64,000 nucleotides of DNA from a candidate division FCPU426 bacterium (GCA_963796105.1 CAWCKJ010000003.1:576001-640000), one strand, 5' to 3'; numbered from the stretch's first letter, positions 9,060 to 19,120 are shown. Numbers and translations are program-made. Notes: generated by a model from the letters alone, not told the origin.

Positions 9060-12059
9060 TTATTCCCCAGCCATAGCGGATACTGCCGGCCTCAATTTAA
9101 CGGCTTTGGATTTCAACTTGAGTGTCGCCGGCTCAAGACCCTTCGAGACGGCCTTCAAGACAATTTGTCCCTCATTTTTATCCGATTGTATGATTACCTG
9201 CGCCAATCCCGAGAAAAGGCTTCTTTTCCATCGGGCCGCGGAAATCACGGTCCTCACCGAACCCGGATCCGAGTTCAAGTTTTCCCATTTCTTGCGCCGC
9301 AGGAGTTCCGTCCCCACCACCGCGTAAACATTCCGGCCTTTTCTCAGGATGGATTTGGAAAGCGGATAGGGTTTGCCGGCGTTGTCACGCATGATCTTGT
9401 CGGCGATCAAGTGGCCGTTCACGTAAACGGCTTGTCCGTCCACCAGGCTTTTGGGCAGCAAGACAATCTCTGAATAATCATCCAACTTCGGCAGTTCAAA
9501 ACTGCCCCGGATTACCCTCACGCTTGGTTTTTCATCTGACACGTTGCCTTGATCCTTAGGCCTGCCCTGGAACAAATCCGTCCACTGGGAAACATCCTGA
9601 TCAAATTCCACCTCGGGTCTTTTTCCCAAATCCCCCCCATTCAGCATCTTGAGGCCCTCGATGCGAACCTGGGTCACTGCGTCAAAGTACCTGTCAGGCT
9701 CATGGCAGGATGGGTCGCCATTGCCCACACCGATGATTTTCCCAGGCCCTTCCAACGAAAAGAAAATCTCATTTCCCGCCGTGGGAATCATCCTGCCCTG
9801 CTTGTCCTTCGCCTCCACCGTCACCACCGAAACATCCTCACCATCAGCCTGGATGGTCGAACGGTCTGGAATCAGCGAGATCTTGGCGGGGTCTCCCGTT
9901 GTGTCTTGCTTCGCCACGGCCGCTTCTTTTCCGCCTTTGTATCCCCGAGCCAGCAATTCCCCCGGCTCATAAGGAACAGTCCAAACCAAATGGGAATTCG
10001 CCTCCATGGTCTTTTTACCCAGGCTCTTGCCGTTGAGGAATAATTCCACTTCCTCGCAATTGCTGATGGCCCAAACTTCGATGTCCTTACCTTCTTTGCC
10101 TTTCCAGTTCCAATGGGGCGTCAGGAAGAGAACCGGCTCGTCGGTCCACCAGGCTTTCAGATAGTCATAGCAATCCTTGGGGAATCCGCAGGTATCAAGA
10201 ACACCATATTGAGAGGAAATAGCGGGAAACTCGAAGGGGTTTTCCTCGCCCCTATAATCGAAACCGGTCCAGAGGAAGAGGCCCGATACGAAGGGCCGCT
10301 CCATGTAATATTTCCAGCTCTTCTCGATACCGGTCCCCTTGGGCTTCCGGTCAGTCGGCCCCTCGTGCGCGTTGGGTGTATCATCCTCATAGATGCCGCG
10401 GGTCTGGTGGGTGGTGCTTTCCTCGGTAGCCACGCTGGGTTGGCGGGGATAATCGGCGTGCTGTTGATCCATGTTCCCGTGCTCAAAATAGTTGTAACCC
10501 ATCAAGTCGATGACTTTGGAAATGCCGTTTCCCCAGCCTCCGCTGTCAGCCGCCGTGACCCGCCTGGTCGGGTCCAGCCGTTTCACGAAGTCTTGCATGG
10601 GAGCGGTGATTTGCTCGCCCTTTTCGTTGCCCTCAATGCCCCATTCCTCGTTGCCCAGGGACCAGGCGAAAACGCAGGGGTGGTTTCGGTCCTGGAGGAT
10701 GGTTCCCTTCAGCCTTTCCAGGAGTTCAGGGCTGTCCCCCATCAGGCGGTTTTCCACCAGAACCAGCATTCCCAGCCTGTCGCAAACATCCAACAGCTCC
10801 GGTGTGGGCGGGTTATGGGAACAACGGTAGGCGTTACAGCCGAATTCCTTCAAGCGCTTGATCCGGTATTCCTGCAAGGCGTCCGGCAAGGCCACTCCCA
10901 CCCCGGCATGATCCTGGTGGTTGCAGGTGCCCTTGAGCTCCACATGCTTGCCGTTGAGGAAGAATCCCTTGTCAGGATCGAAAGTCATCGTTCGGATGCC
11001 GAAGGGAGTTTCGTAACTGTCAACTATTGAATCACCATAGATTACGGTTGTTACGAGCTTGTATAAGGATGGCGATTCAAGCGACCAAAGTTTAGGTTTC
11101 GATATTTTGATTTGAACCGGAAATTCTTTATTGGCCCCCGGATCCAGCGAAAGCCCATTCAGCTGACCCGAACCCACGATTTTGCCCGTCGAATCCAAAA
11201 TCTCCTGGTCTATCTCAAACGCCGCCTTTTCGGTCCCTTCGTCCGCTACTATGGTCCGGGAGGTAATTACAGCTGAATCCTCACCCACTTCCGACGTGAC
11301 GAATGTCCCGTTGTAATCCACATGGAGGGGAGACGTTTTGGTCAGCCAGACATGGCGGTAAATCCCGGCCCCCTCGTAAAACCAGCCCTCCTCCATCGTC
11401 GCGTCCACCCGAACCGCCACGACGTTGTTTCCCCCGTAATTCAAGCAATCGGTGATGTCATAGCGGAAATTGTTGTATCCGCTGGATTCCCGGCCCATGT
11501 AAAAACCGTTCACCCACACCACCGAGTCCCGGAAAACCCCGTCAAACTCGACACTGATTCTCCGCCCCTTGTCCGACTTGGGTATGAAAAAGGTTTTGCG
11601 GTACCAGCCCACACTGTTTCCTGGAAAGTTGCGCCCGATGGCCTTGTAGCCGTGGCTAAACCCTCCCTTCTCATCAAATGGGAGCTCTACCGCCCAGTCA
11701 TGGGGAAGGTTCAGGAGCCTCCAGGCCCGGTCGTCAAACAAGGGGTCCGCGGGTCCGTCGCCGAAACCGGTTTTAGCGAAGTACGAAAAATAACCAGTGG
11801 CGTGGCCGTAATCCTTGTCTGTGTCGTAGGGATGTCCGAAGGCGAAGCGCCAGCCGAAGTCCATCAAGAGATGTTCCCGAGGGCTGCCTGCCATGAGCCC
11901 GCCTGGCGATTGGCTATCTTTGGCTGTGCCAATTGAAGAATCAATTGGCAATGGGTCCTGGGCCGCGTGAATTCGCGGGATTCCTAAGCCAACGAATGCC
12001 GTAACAAAAAATAAAGTAATGATCCTGATGGTTTTTTTCATGAGTGTCCTTTTAAACAT
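9060..12059 (-). CDS. secreted glycoside hydrolase family 2 beta-galactosidase-like enzyme
   Basis: Signal peptide; LPHDW, GAGIYRHVWL, YRCSHNPP, RNHPCVFAWSLGNEE and WTGFDYRGE motifs. Confidence 0.92.
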   Translation of the reverse strand: MFKRTLMKKTIRIITLFFVTAFVGLGIPRIHAAQDPLPIDSSIGTAKDSQSPGGLMAGSPREHLLMDFGWRFAFGHPYDTDKDYGHATGYFSYFAKTGFGDGPADPLFDDRAWRLLNLPHDWAVELPFDEKGGFSHGYKAIGRNFPGNSVGWYRKTFFIPKSDKGRRISVEFDGVFRDSVVWVNGFYMGRESSGYNNFRYDITDCLNYGGNNVVAVRVDATMEEGWFYEGAGIYRHVWLTKTSPLHVDYNGTFVTSEVGEDSAVITSRTIVADEGTEKAAFEIDQEILDSTGKIVGSGQLNGLSLDPGANKEFPVQIKISKPKLWSLESPSLYKLVTTVIYGDSIVDSYETPFGIRTMTFDPDKGFFLNGKHVELKGTCNHQDHAGVGVALPDALQEYRIKRLKEFGCNAYRCSHNPPTPELLDVCDRLGMLVLVENRLMGDSPELLERLKGTILQDRNHPCVFAWSLGNEEWGIEGNEKGEQITAPMQDFVKRLDPTRRVTAADSGGWGNGISKVIDLMGYNYFEHGNMDQQHADYPRQPSVATEESTTHQTRGIYEDDTPNAHEGPTDRKPKGTGIEKSWKYYMERPFVSGLFLWTGFDYRGEENPFEFPAISSQYGVLDTCGFPKDCYDYLKAWWTDEPVLFLTPHWNWKGKEGKDIEVWAISNCEEVELFLNGKSLGKKTMEANSHLVWTVPYEPGELLARGYKGGKEAAVAKQDTTGDPAKISLIPDRSTIQADGEDVSVVTVEAKDKQGRMIPTAGNEIFFSLEGPGKIIGVGNGDPSCHEPDRYFDAVTQVRIEGLKMLNGGDLGKRPEVEFDQDVSQWTDLFQGRPKDQGNVSDEKPSVRVIRGSFELPKLDDYSEIVLLPKSLVDGQAVYVNGHLIADKIMRDNAGKPYPLSKSILRKGRNVYAVVGTELLRRKKWENLNSDPGSVRTVISAARWKRSLFSGLAQVIIQSDKNEGQIVLKAVSKGLEPATLKLKSKAVKLRPAVSAMAGE

Positions 12060-12102
12060 TAAATGCTTATCCGCAAAGTACCTGCGGTCTATTTTTTAAA
12101 CT

Positions 12103-12292
12103 TCCCCCTCTGAAAGAGGGGGATAGAGGGGAAGTTAGCCTTTAGGGTTACTCAACAAAAACCAATACCCCCCCAATCCCCCCTTTTTCACCCCCATTTC
12201 ATCTATATGATAATAACAAATGGAGAATGGGATCGTCCCCATGCCCAATGTCTTTGTTTTTCAAAGGGGCATGGGGGAAGGGGGGGGATAAC
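12103..12292. repeat. C/G-run palindromic REP-like sequences
   Basis: CCCCCTCTGAAAGAGGGGGATAGAGGGGA, CCCCCCAATCCCCCTTTTT and GGGGGAAGGGGGGGATA in one intergenic gap. Confidence 0.5.
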
Positions 12293-12403
12293 TTTGCAAA
12301 AATCGAATCAGAAAAGCACTTGCTAAATCTTAGTAAACCACAGGGACTTTGCGGATAAACTTGTAGAAACTTTTTAAAACGGGTATCAGGATACAGCAAA
12401 AAG

Positions 12404-13090
12404 TCATTTCACATCCCGTAAAAACGGCTCAAAAACGTCCTTTTGCCCGGCGGCAATCTCAATAGCCTCTTTCCAGGCATACCGATAGGGGGAATCAAAC
12501 TCTTCCCCATCCGCGTTCTTCTGGCAATCCTGGCAGTATTGTTCCAAATGGTCCGCCAGGGTTTTCAGGCGCAAGCTCATTTTTTCGGCCAGCTTTTTTT
12601 TGAAATCGGCATCATCAAGCTCATCCATAACCATCAACAGGTGGGTAAGGCAGACATGGAAATGATCCAGGAAAGCCTTCCGCATTTCGGGTTCACCCAA
12701 GCCTTTTATCAAAATACTTATATAGTGCCCGCGGATTTGGAGCGCCTGGCGGCATCCGGGGCACATGTCATGTACCTCCCATTTTGGAAAGAGGTTATTA
12801 TGAGTCGCGTTCTTTTCCAGGAACGAAGCGGCAATTTGGGCCTGTTCCTTATACAGGATGGACAGCGCCAAAGTGTCGCGGAAACCGGCCAGGTGATGGG
12901 CATGGTACGGGCAATAACCCCGGGACGACCTCAAATCGACCCTGGCCCCAGGCCCATTGACGTTTTCATAAAGGAAAGCGTCGAAATAGGAGTGAACCGC
13001 TTCCTTTTCCAGAACGCAAAGGCCGCAATTTTTGGACTTTTGGAATGTCTCCAAAACCTTGAAATATGGCGTATGTTTTTCCACGGTCAA
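12404..13090 (-). CDS. DUF6062-like Cys/His-rich protein
   Basis: CGLC...LYENVN...GYCPYH and CPGC...CLTH (duplicated CxxC/CxxH). TTG start with AAGGAGG RBS overlaps the TPR gene stop. Confidence 0.7.
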   Translation of the reverse strand: MTVEKHTPYFKVLETFQKSKNCGLCVLEKEAVHSYFDAFLYENVNGPGARVDLRSSRGYCPYHAHHLAGFRDTLALSILYKEQAQIAASFLEKNATHNNLFPKWEVHDMCPGCRQALQIRGHYISILIKGLGEPEMRKAFLDHFHVCLTHLLMVMDELDDADFKKKLAEKMSLRLKTLADHLEQYCQDCQKNADGEEFDSPYRYAWKEAIEIAAGQKDVFEPFLRDVK

Positions 13091-13446
13091 TTCCCTCCTT
13101 TTGTTTTTTCTTGATACCATTGCTTGAAGGTTTTTTCCAAAAGCTTCAGTAATTCATGAACCGGAGTTTTTAATTTTTCAGTCTTTGGAACAGCTAATGC
13201 TAATTCCCTGGCTTCCTCCAAACGTCCTTGTTCATATAGGCAAACCGCCAATTCATATAGAAATAAAGGCTCATAAGGATTGAGGAAAATGGCGCGGCGG
13301 AACTGTCCTTCCGCCAGCTTAAAAGCTTTGTGCTGAAGGAAATAAATTCCCAGGTTTAATTGGCCATACCCTAGGTAGGGACTTGGCCTGAGGGCTTCTT
13401 CCCGCAGGGTTTCCCTGTCTTTTCTTTTTTGACCCTTACGCGGCAT
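13087..13446 (-). CDS. small tetratricopeptide-repeat protein
   Basis: LGIYF...AEGQFRRAIFLNP...LAVCLYEQGRLEEA TPR pattern. Confidence 0.8.
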   Translation of the reverse strand: MPRKGQKRKDRETLREEALRPSPYLGYGQLNLGIYFLQHKAFKLAEGQFRRAIFLNPYEPLFLYELAVCLYEQGRLEEARELALAVPKTEKLKTPVHELLKLLEKTFKQWYQEKTKGGN

Positions 13447-13528
13447 ATCAAAAAGCCTTTCCAGGTTCCCCCACGGCGTTGTAAAAAACTGAACTCAGGA
13501 TGGTAAACAGGGATGTTATTTCCCAGTT

Positions 13529-15244
13529 CTATTCAGTTTTAACAGACCACTCCAGCTTTCCAGCCTGTTCCAATGCCACTTGGAGATCTTCCCCTGAATC
13601 CTGTCGTCCTTCCATGAGTCCTTGGATGGTTTCCATCTCGTCCCTGACATGCCGCTGGAAATCTTTCGTCATGCTTTTGACGGTTTCCATCATGGCCTCA
13701 GTCCATTGAGTGCATAAGCGGTAAATGTGATTCTCCACCTGCCTGGGGATGGACTTGAGAAAATGCCGGTGGACCAGGGGCCGGAAAATCCACATGGGCA
13801 CCAGGAACCAGACGCCCTCAAAGGGGGTGTCAAACACATTTCCCAAGTGCATGGATAGCTTTTCGGGACGGGCCACCTCACCCCCAAAAACAGGACCCGC
13901 GTAATCGAAATGCAGCGCCTCCTTAACTTTGTCGGAAATTCGGTCTGCGAACGCCCTGGCCGCGCGGTTCACGGAAGCCTCGGCTTCGCGCACATGGATT
14001 TCCACGGCTGGGGCATATTCCCGGCCAAGCAGACCAAGTCTTTGAGTCAATCGCTGCTCCAGCCAGTTCTGATATTTTTCGGTTTCCTTGCCCAAGTGGC
14101 TTCTCCAACCCCGTATATCCATTTCCAATTCCGATTGCAGATCAAGCGCTAACCCATTCCTGTTTGGGAGAAGCCTTTCCTCAAGCGCCTGCCTGATCCG
14201 GTGGCTAGCGATGTCCTGTAGGTTATACAACTCATTATCCAGCGTGGCGATGTATTGCCATTCCCCTTTGATCAAACCGGACAGTTCCTCACGCGCCTTT
14301 TGACCCGCCTGAGCCGCCTTTAGGGCTAATTCCAGGTATCCTCGGCAGGACTTTAATAGGGCCTGGAGTTTAAAACGGAGAATTTTTTCCGATTCGAGGG
14401 AAGAATGGGACACCAAATGGTCCAAGAGAAAACGGCGCAAGGATTCCAGGGCCTCCTCGTATCCAGGTCTTGTGGAAACTGGCATGACCGTAATCCCATG
14501 GTTAAGGCGGTTTTTCAGTTGGAACCGGACATATCCAAGGATGGATTCCATTTGTTCCTTAGAGACAAGGTCGGCTTTGGTCACTAGAAGAATCGTCTTG
14601 GGGGTGCTCTCCTCCAACTGTTGTATCAAGGATAGGTCATCTTCCGACAACGGGTGGTCCGAGGATACCGCCACCAGCGCCACACCCACTTTTGGAATCC
14701 AGTCCATTGTGGCGGCCGTGTTATGGGCATGGAGGCTTCCGATGCCCGGCGAGTCCACCCAACGCACGCCCTCCCAGGACCCAATCCCCTCCAATTCGAC
14801 GTCCACGCGGGAAACTTCTTTTCGGTTCTCAGGATTTTCCCTTTCAGTGGCGTAACACGCGATGAGATTTGGGGCAATATTTTCATTGTGTCCATCCAGG
14901 TAATGGACGGTCATTTGGTCGGAAACCCCTGACATTACGCGGGTGACGACCGCCGTGGCGGGCAAAACATCCGTGGGAAGGATGTTCCTCCTCAATAGGG
15001 CGTTTAAGAGAGAGCTTTTCCCGGCCTTGAACCTTCCTAAAAGCACGATGTCCAGGGAATCGGATTCCTGGGAAAACTCCGAAAGTTTTTGAAGTGGGGC
15101 TAACAAAGCCGGGATTTTAAATCGGCGGCTGGCAGAACCGATGAACGACAGGACTTCCGTTGCCCGAAGGTGGTAGCGTTTGAAAGCTTTCTGGACGCCA
15201 GTATTAGGTTCTGGTTGTTCTTGGAAAACCGGATTCATGGCCAC
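13529..15244 (-). CDS. bacterial dynamin-like GTPase
   Basis: G1 GRFKAGKS, G2 LPAT, G3 DSPG, G4 TKAD; helical stalk and hydrophobic paddle WFLVPMWIF. Confidence 0.88.
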   Translation of the reverse strand: MAMNPVFQEQPEPNTGVQKAFKRYHLRATEVLSFIGSASRRFKIPALLAPLQKLSEFSQESDSLDIVLLGRFKAGKSSLLNALLRRNILPTDVLPATAVVTRVMSGVSDQMTVHYLDGHNENIAPNLIACYATERENPENRKEVSRVDVELEGIGSWEGVRWVDSPGIGSLHAHNTAATMDWIPKVGVALVAVSSDHPLSEDDLSLIQQLEESTPKTILLVTKADLVSKEQMESILGYVRFQLKNRLNHGITVMPVSTRPGYEEALESLRRFLLDHLVSHSSLESEKILRFKLQALLKSCRGYLELALKAAQAGQKAREELSGLIKGEWQYIATLDNELYNLQDIASHRIRQALEERLLPNRNGLALDLQSELEMDIRGWRSHLGKETEKYQNWLEQRLTQRLGLLGREYAPAVEIHVREAEASVNRAARAFADRISDKVKEALHFDYAGPVFGGEVARPEKLSMHLGNVFDTPFEGVWFLVPMWIFRPLVHRHFLKSIPRQVENHIYRLCTQWTEAMMETVKSMTKDFQRHVRDEMETIQGLMEGRQDSGEDLQVALEQAGKLEWSVKTE

Positions 15245-15338
15245 GCCCCAGTTCTAAAATAGGAAGTTTCAGCCTTGAGCGGAGTCACGTGGAAGGTTTT
15301 GGAAGGAAGGCTCCGGCGCCAACCACGGTACTGCCGTG

Positions 15339-15385
15339 GTAGGAGTCATCAGCCTTGAGGGCGGTTTAAGGGGAACTCCATCCCC
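15339..15385 (-). promoter_or_regulatory. fluoride (crcB) riboswitch upstream of the dynamin operon
   Basis: Minus strand GGGGATGGAGTTCCCCTTAAACCGCCCTCAAGGCTGATGACTCCTAC matches the crcB consensus (GAUGG-GUUC, AAACCGC, GCUGAUGAC-CCUAC). Extended -10-like TGCTATAAAAT lies just upstream. Confidence 0.88.
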
Positions 15386-15479
15386 AATAGGTATTATTTT
15401 ATAGCATGAGGGGCCGCTTGAGGCTGTTTTGTTTGGGGATTTCCAATGCCGGAAGCATAAAAAGCGAGTCTGAATGCCA

Positions 15480-16676
15480 TTAACCCTCTTCATCCAGCAA
15501 ATCTTCATCGGACCTTTTTCCCGGTTTTGGAAGAAGATGGCCAGGATGGAAAAATTTTCCGGCGATGAGAGTCGGCACGACCGCGCTCGTGATAACCACA
15601 GCCACCAAAAAGGAATATTGGTTCTGCGTCACGATATTATGTGAGAAACCGTATAAAGCCGAGATGGTCCCAAAGGTAAGCCCGGTGGACATCATCAAGG
15701 TGTAATACCAGCGCTCATCGTGTTTTTTCCTGAATTTCCCGACCACGGGGTATAAACCAAATATCTTGGACCCGACTTTTCCAATTAAAAGGGCGATGAA
15801 AACAATGGGCGCGGATATCAGGGCCGGCAGGGAAACAAGCGTTCCTGCCCGGAGAAAATAAAAAGGTGTAAGAAACCCGACAGTCAGGGTCCTCATACGG
15901 TGAATCCAATGGACATCGTTGGTCGAGAACTCGGCCAGGACCATGCCGATCAGATACGCCGGAAGAACCGCCTCACTGCCGGACCAAAGAGCTAAAGAAC
16001 CCAGCCCGAAGAGTACAAGTATGACCCATTTCGTCTTGACCGCGTTGGTGTGGCTCGAATAGGTTTTGGATAACCAACGGCTGACGAGCGGCAGAATCAA
16101 TAGCACGAAAACGGTCACCAGGACAAATATGACCGTTTTGTAAGTGAATGGGGCGAAGAGCAATCCGAGGGCAATGACCGTGCCGAGATCGTTGATGAAA
16201 CAAGCCCCGAGTATTCCCTTTCCGAAATCGGTCTTATTGAAGCCGGTTTCCAGCATCACGGCATAGACGACCGCCATGGAGGTGGTTGATAAGGACACTC
16301 CACAAAGCAGGCTGGCTTGGGGGTCCCATCCCAGGAAATAGCGGGCGATGGCAGCGCACCCGAGAAACGGGGCGAAGAAGCCGAAGAGGCCGATAATAGA
16401 GACTTCCTTGAACTTCCTTTTCATCACATCCGGCTCAAGCTCCGCTCCGGCCAGGAAAGTAAGAAGCACGGCCCCGGCGGAGGCTAAAAAACGCAGCCAC
16501 TCCAGGTTGGAACCGAGTATTGATGCCGCGTCGCCGTACAACGAAGCTAACGCCGCGACAGCCACACCCACGCAGATCTCAATCAGGGCGATGGAAACCT
16601 TAAGGTGGTAGGCTATGACGGCGGAAATGATGGACAACCCAAGCCAGATTGCTGCGATGGTGTAAATTTGCTGCAT
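15480..16676 (-). CDS. cation:proton antiporter (CPA2 / Na_H_Exchanger family)
   Basis: About 12 TM segments; LTFLAGAE, STTSMAVV, FINDLG and MSTGLTFG motifs. Confidence 0.88.
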   Translation of the reverse strand: MQQIYTIAAIWLGLSIISAVIAYHLKVSIALIEICVGVAVAALASLYGDAASILGSNLEWLRFLASAGAVLLTFLAGAELEPDVMKRKFKEVSIIGLFGFFAPFLGCAAIARYFLGWDPQASLLCGVSLSTTSMAVVYAVMLETGFNKTDFGKGILGACFINDLGTVIALGLLFAPFTYKTVIFVLVTVFVLLILPLVSRWLSKTYSSHTNAVKTKWVILVLFGLGSLALWSGSEAVLPAYLIGMVLAEFSTNDVHWIHRMRTLTVGFLTPFYFLRAGTLVSLPALISAPIVFIALLIGKVGSKIFGLYPVVGKFRKKHDERWYYTLMMSTGLTFGTISALYGFSHNIVTQNQYSFLVAVVITSAVVPTLIAGKFFHPGHLLPKPGKRSDEDLLDEEG

Positions 16677-16719
16677 GTTGAAATCTCCCTTTATTTGATG
16701 GATCTAAATACCCAGTCAG

Positions 16720-16753
16720 GGCATAAAAAAACCCGCTTGGCGGCGGGTTCTTT
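16720..16753 (-). terminator. intrinsic terminator in the antiporter leader (likely riboswitch expression platform)
   Basis: Minus strand AACCCGCcgccaaGCGGGTTTTTTT between the aptamer and the start codon. Confidence 0.75.
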
Positions 16754-16793
16754 ACAAGTTGATGAAAGACTCCACCGCCGTAATCACTGAGCA

Positions 16794-16840
16794 GTAGGAG
16801 TCATTAGCCCCGGAGGGCGGTTAAAGGGAACTCCATCCCA
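16794..16840 (-). promoter_or_regulatory. fluoride (crcB) riboswitch upstream of the antiporter
   Basis: Minus strand TGGGATGGAGTTCCCTTTAACCGCCCTCCGGGGCTAATGACTCCTAC matches the crcB consensus. Confidence 0.9.
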
Positions 16841-17027
16841 TAAAAGTTAATGGCGATACATTACTACAGCATGGAAAATAAAAACAATACTTTTACAATT
16901 CTTTTTCGAGATTTGTTACGAAATTTTTCCCAGCGGTTTTACAAACAATCAGCCAAATTGATCGCGCAAAGGCGCTCAACCCATACCTTTTGCGCTTCGG
17001 CGTCAATATTTTTTTTCGTAAGTTTCA

Positions 17028-17471
17028 TTACCAGACATTTTTATAAACAGGATTTCCCAGGGCATCCTTGTGGGTGCAATCTATTAAAACAGTTCCTGTC
17101 GTTGAATCATAGAGCCAATGGGCCGTGTCCTTTAGTTTTGTGGCATCTATTTTCCCAGTCGAGTCCAAAAAGGGATAAGTTTCCACTTGGTTCGAGGGCG
17201 GATGACCGTATTTTTCCAAGTGCAGGATGGGTATTTCTTTCAAATACTTCGGGACCAAATCCCTCAAATCCTGCGGCCAAACCCCATGACTATCGCCAAA
17301 GTAAACACTCGCCGCCGACTTAAGTGACCCTAAACTCCCTTTGGCGGAGCCTTCCCTGCTCTTCTCCATCATTTGAAGAAACCGGGAGGTTGTGACGCTC
17401 GTAAAATAAACTACTACGGTCAAGACCAGAAGGCTTGCCCAAACAACCCTGAAATTCGTTTTAGAGTCCAA
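17028..17471 (-). CDS. pilin/pseudopilin (GspG)-like protein with one N-terminal TM segment
   Basis: TM followed by KSREGSAKGSLGSLKSAASVYFGD..G.WP..L..LVPKYL; no clear GFxxxE prepilin site. Confidence 0.55.
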   Translation of the reverse strand: MDSKTNFRVVWASLLVLTVVVYFTSVTTSRFLQMMEKSREGSAKGSLGSLKSAASVYFGDSHGVWPQDLRDLVPKYLKEIPILHLEKYGHPPSNQVETYPFLDSTGKIDATKLKDTAHWLYDSTTGTVLIDCTHKDALGNPVYKNVW

Positions 17472-17534
17472 TGATTTGCTCCCGCGCCGGACAACGGATT
17501 AGAACTATGGCGTGAATTAATCATGAAGTGAAAT

Positions 17535-17945
17535 TTAAGTATTTCTGTTCCGATAATAATCCATAAAAACGGAGGGTGAAACTATTTTCACTTGATGATA
17601 ACTCGAAGGAAAATGCTTAAGATTGCCGGTCACGAGCATCCCCGCTTTTCCCGCCACAGCTACTTCCAAAAAAGCATCGTCCCGAGGGTCCGATAGACGC
17701 CGGGCCAATGGTTTGGAAGCCACGACATCGCCTTTGATTTTCATTTGCTCTAAAAGAGCCTCCGTTTCCTCTTTACGAAATGGAAATTTCGGCCGGCTCA
17801 AAACCTCGGAATATTCCGAGAAAATGCGGGCATCAAAACATAACGAAAGGGCTCCCGATGAGATTAACCGTACGATTTCGCCAGGCGGGCCATACGGGGA
17901 TAAAAGACCCGAAACCAAGACATTTGTATCGATGACAACCTTCAC
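17535..17945 (-). CDS. PIN-domain (VapC-like) toxin
   Basis: VVIDTNVLVS, EYSEVL, DPRDDAFLE and LVTGNLKHF motifs. Confidence 0.9.
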   Translation of the reverse strand: MKVVIDTNVLVSGLLSPYGPPGEIVRLISSGALSLCFDARIFSEYSEVLSRPKFPFRKEETEALLEQMKIKGDVVASKPLARRLSDPRDDAFLEVAVAGKAGMLVTGNLKHFPSSYHQVKIVSPSVFMDYYRNRNT

Positions 17946-18229
17946 CTTTGGCGTTCTTTCCGAACGGCTTCGATTTCATCGTTAATTTCCTTCAAGGACA
18001 TTTTAGAAGTGCCCTTGGCCACGGACCGGCTTTGCATTCTTTCCACCGCGATCATGGCCCTGACCTGGCGAAGGGCGGCCAGGGAATCCTCCATATCGTC
18101 TTCAGTAACAGCTGAAACAAGGGCAATCGGCTTTCCATTGGACGTTAATAGAAAGTCTTTCTCCTTGGCTAAGTCGCTCCAAACCTTACCGGACTTAGAG
18201 CGGAAATCACGGACTGACACGAACTTCAT
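17942..18229 (-). CDS. Phd/YefM-like antitoxin
   Basis: MKFVSVRDFRS...LLTSNGKPIAL; AGGAGG RBS; GTGA overlap with the toxin start. Confidence 0.85.
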   Translation of the reverse strand: MKFVSVRDFRSKSGKVWSDLAKEKDFLLTSNGKPIALVSAVTEDDMEDSLAALRQVRAMIAVERMQSRSVAKGTSKMSLKEINDEIEAVRKERQR

Positions 18230-18290
18230 AAAAGCCTCCTTCGATTGGATACCATTAGTGTACACATTTGGTACACAATCGGCAATGATT

Positions 18291-18480
18291 TAGTAGGCGC
18301 CCGTGGTCTGCCTGTAGGCGTCCCAGAACCTGCCAGTAGGCGGCCGGGATCTGCTAGTAGGTGCAACCGTGCCGACGGTGGTTCCCGACTATGCCGACGG
18401 TAGTTTCAGGCTATGCCGACGGTGGCTCTTGACCATACCTACGGTAATTCCAGACCATGCCGACGGTGGCTCCCGACCTC
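18291..18480. repeat. two adjacent 21-22 bp tandem repeat families
   Basis: About 4 x AGTAGGCG-N-CTGCY, then 5 x TGCCGACGGT-N12 with 22-bp period. Confidence 0.8.
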
Positions 18481-18534
18481 ATGAATACAGGACCCCCAAA
18501 TCGTGCCTACAGGACTTCCGGCCTAGCTATACGG

Positions 18535-18862
18535 AACTGGGTTATCGGTTTTCCGAATACTGGGTTGAGCCCCCCATACTGGTTTGTACTGGGTTGGGGC
18601 TTCCAATACTGGGTTGCGGGTTTCCCGAATACTGGGTTGTACTGGGTTGGGGCCTCCAATACTGGGTTGAGGGTTTCCCGAATACTGGGTTGTACTGGGT
18701 TGGGGCCTCCAATACTGGGTTGAGGGTTTTCCAACTACTGGGTTGTACTGGGTTGAGCCCTCCAATACTGGGTTGAGGGTTTTCCAAATACTGGGTTGTA
18801 CTGGGTTGGGGCCTCCAATACTGGGTTGAGGGTTTTCCAAATACTGATATGTACTGGGTTGG
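18535..18862. repeat. 53-bp tandem array of TACTGGGTTG decamers, left part
   Basis: Unit AATACTGGGTTG-TACTGGGTTG-GGGCCTCC-AATACTGGGTTG-AGGGTTTYCCR starting at about 18575, 18628, 18681, 18734, 18787 and 18840. Confidence 0.95.
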
Positions 18863-19120
18863 TGTCACTGGCCAGCCACTTTAACCCCCCTGGCCGCCTA
18901 CTTTGCCCCCCCTCTTTTGGGCACTTCGAGGGGTGCCTGTTTCGGGGACTTCGACCCCTGCCTTGCGGGGCCTCTTTTTTAGATTAATTTAGACCCATCA
19001 AACTCCTTTCACAAGATGCGTTTTGCTTCCCCAACATTGGATGATACGAAGTCCCGCGCAAATCCCGTAACCAATAGGCGCAAGATTGCACGAATAAGAC
19101 AGCATCGAACGATGGGTTTC

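Noticed and set aside
18369..18868. Overlapping repetitive ORFs across the left repeat field
   Set aside because: Open on both strands in several frames because the repeat lacks stops; the 53-bp period is not a multiple of 3; no RBS
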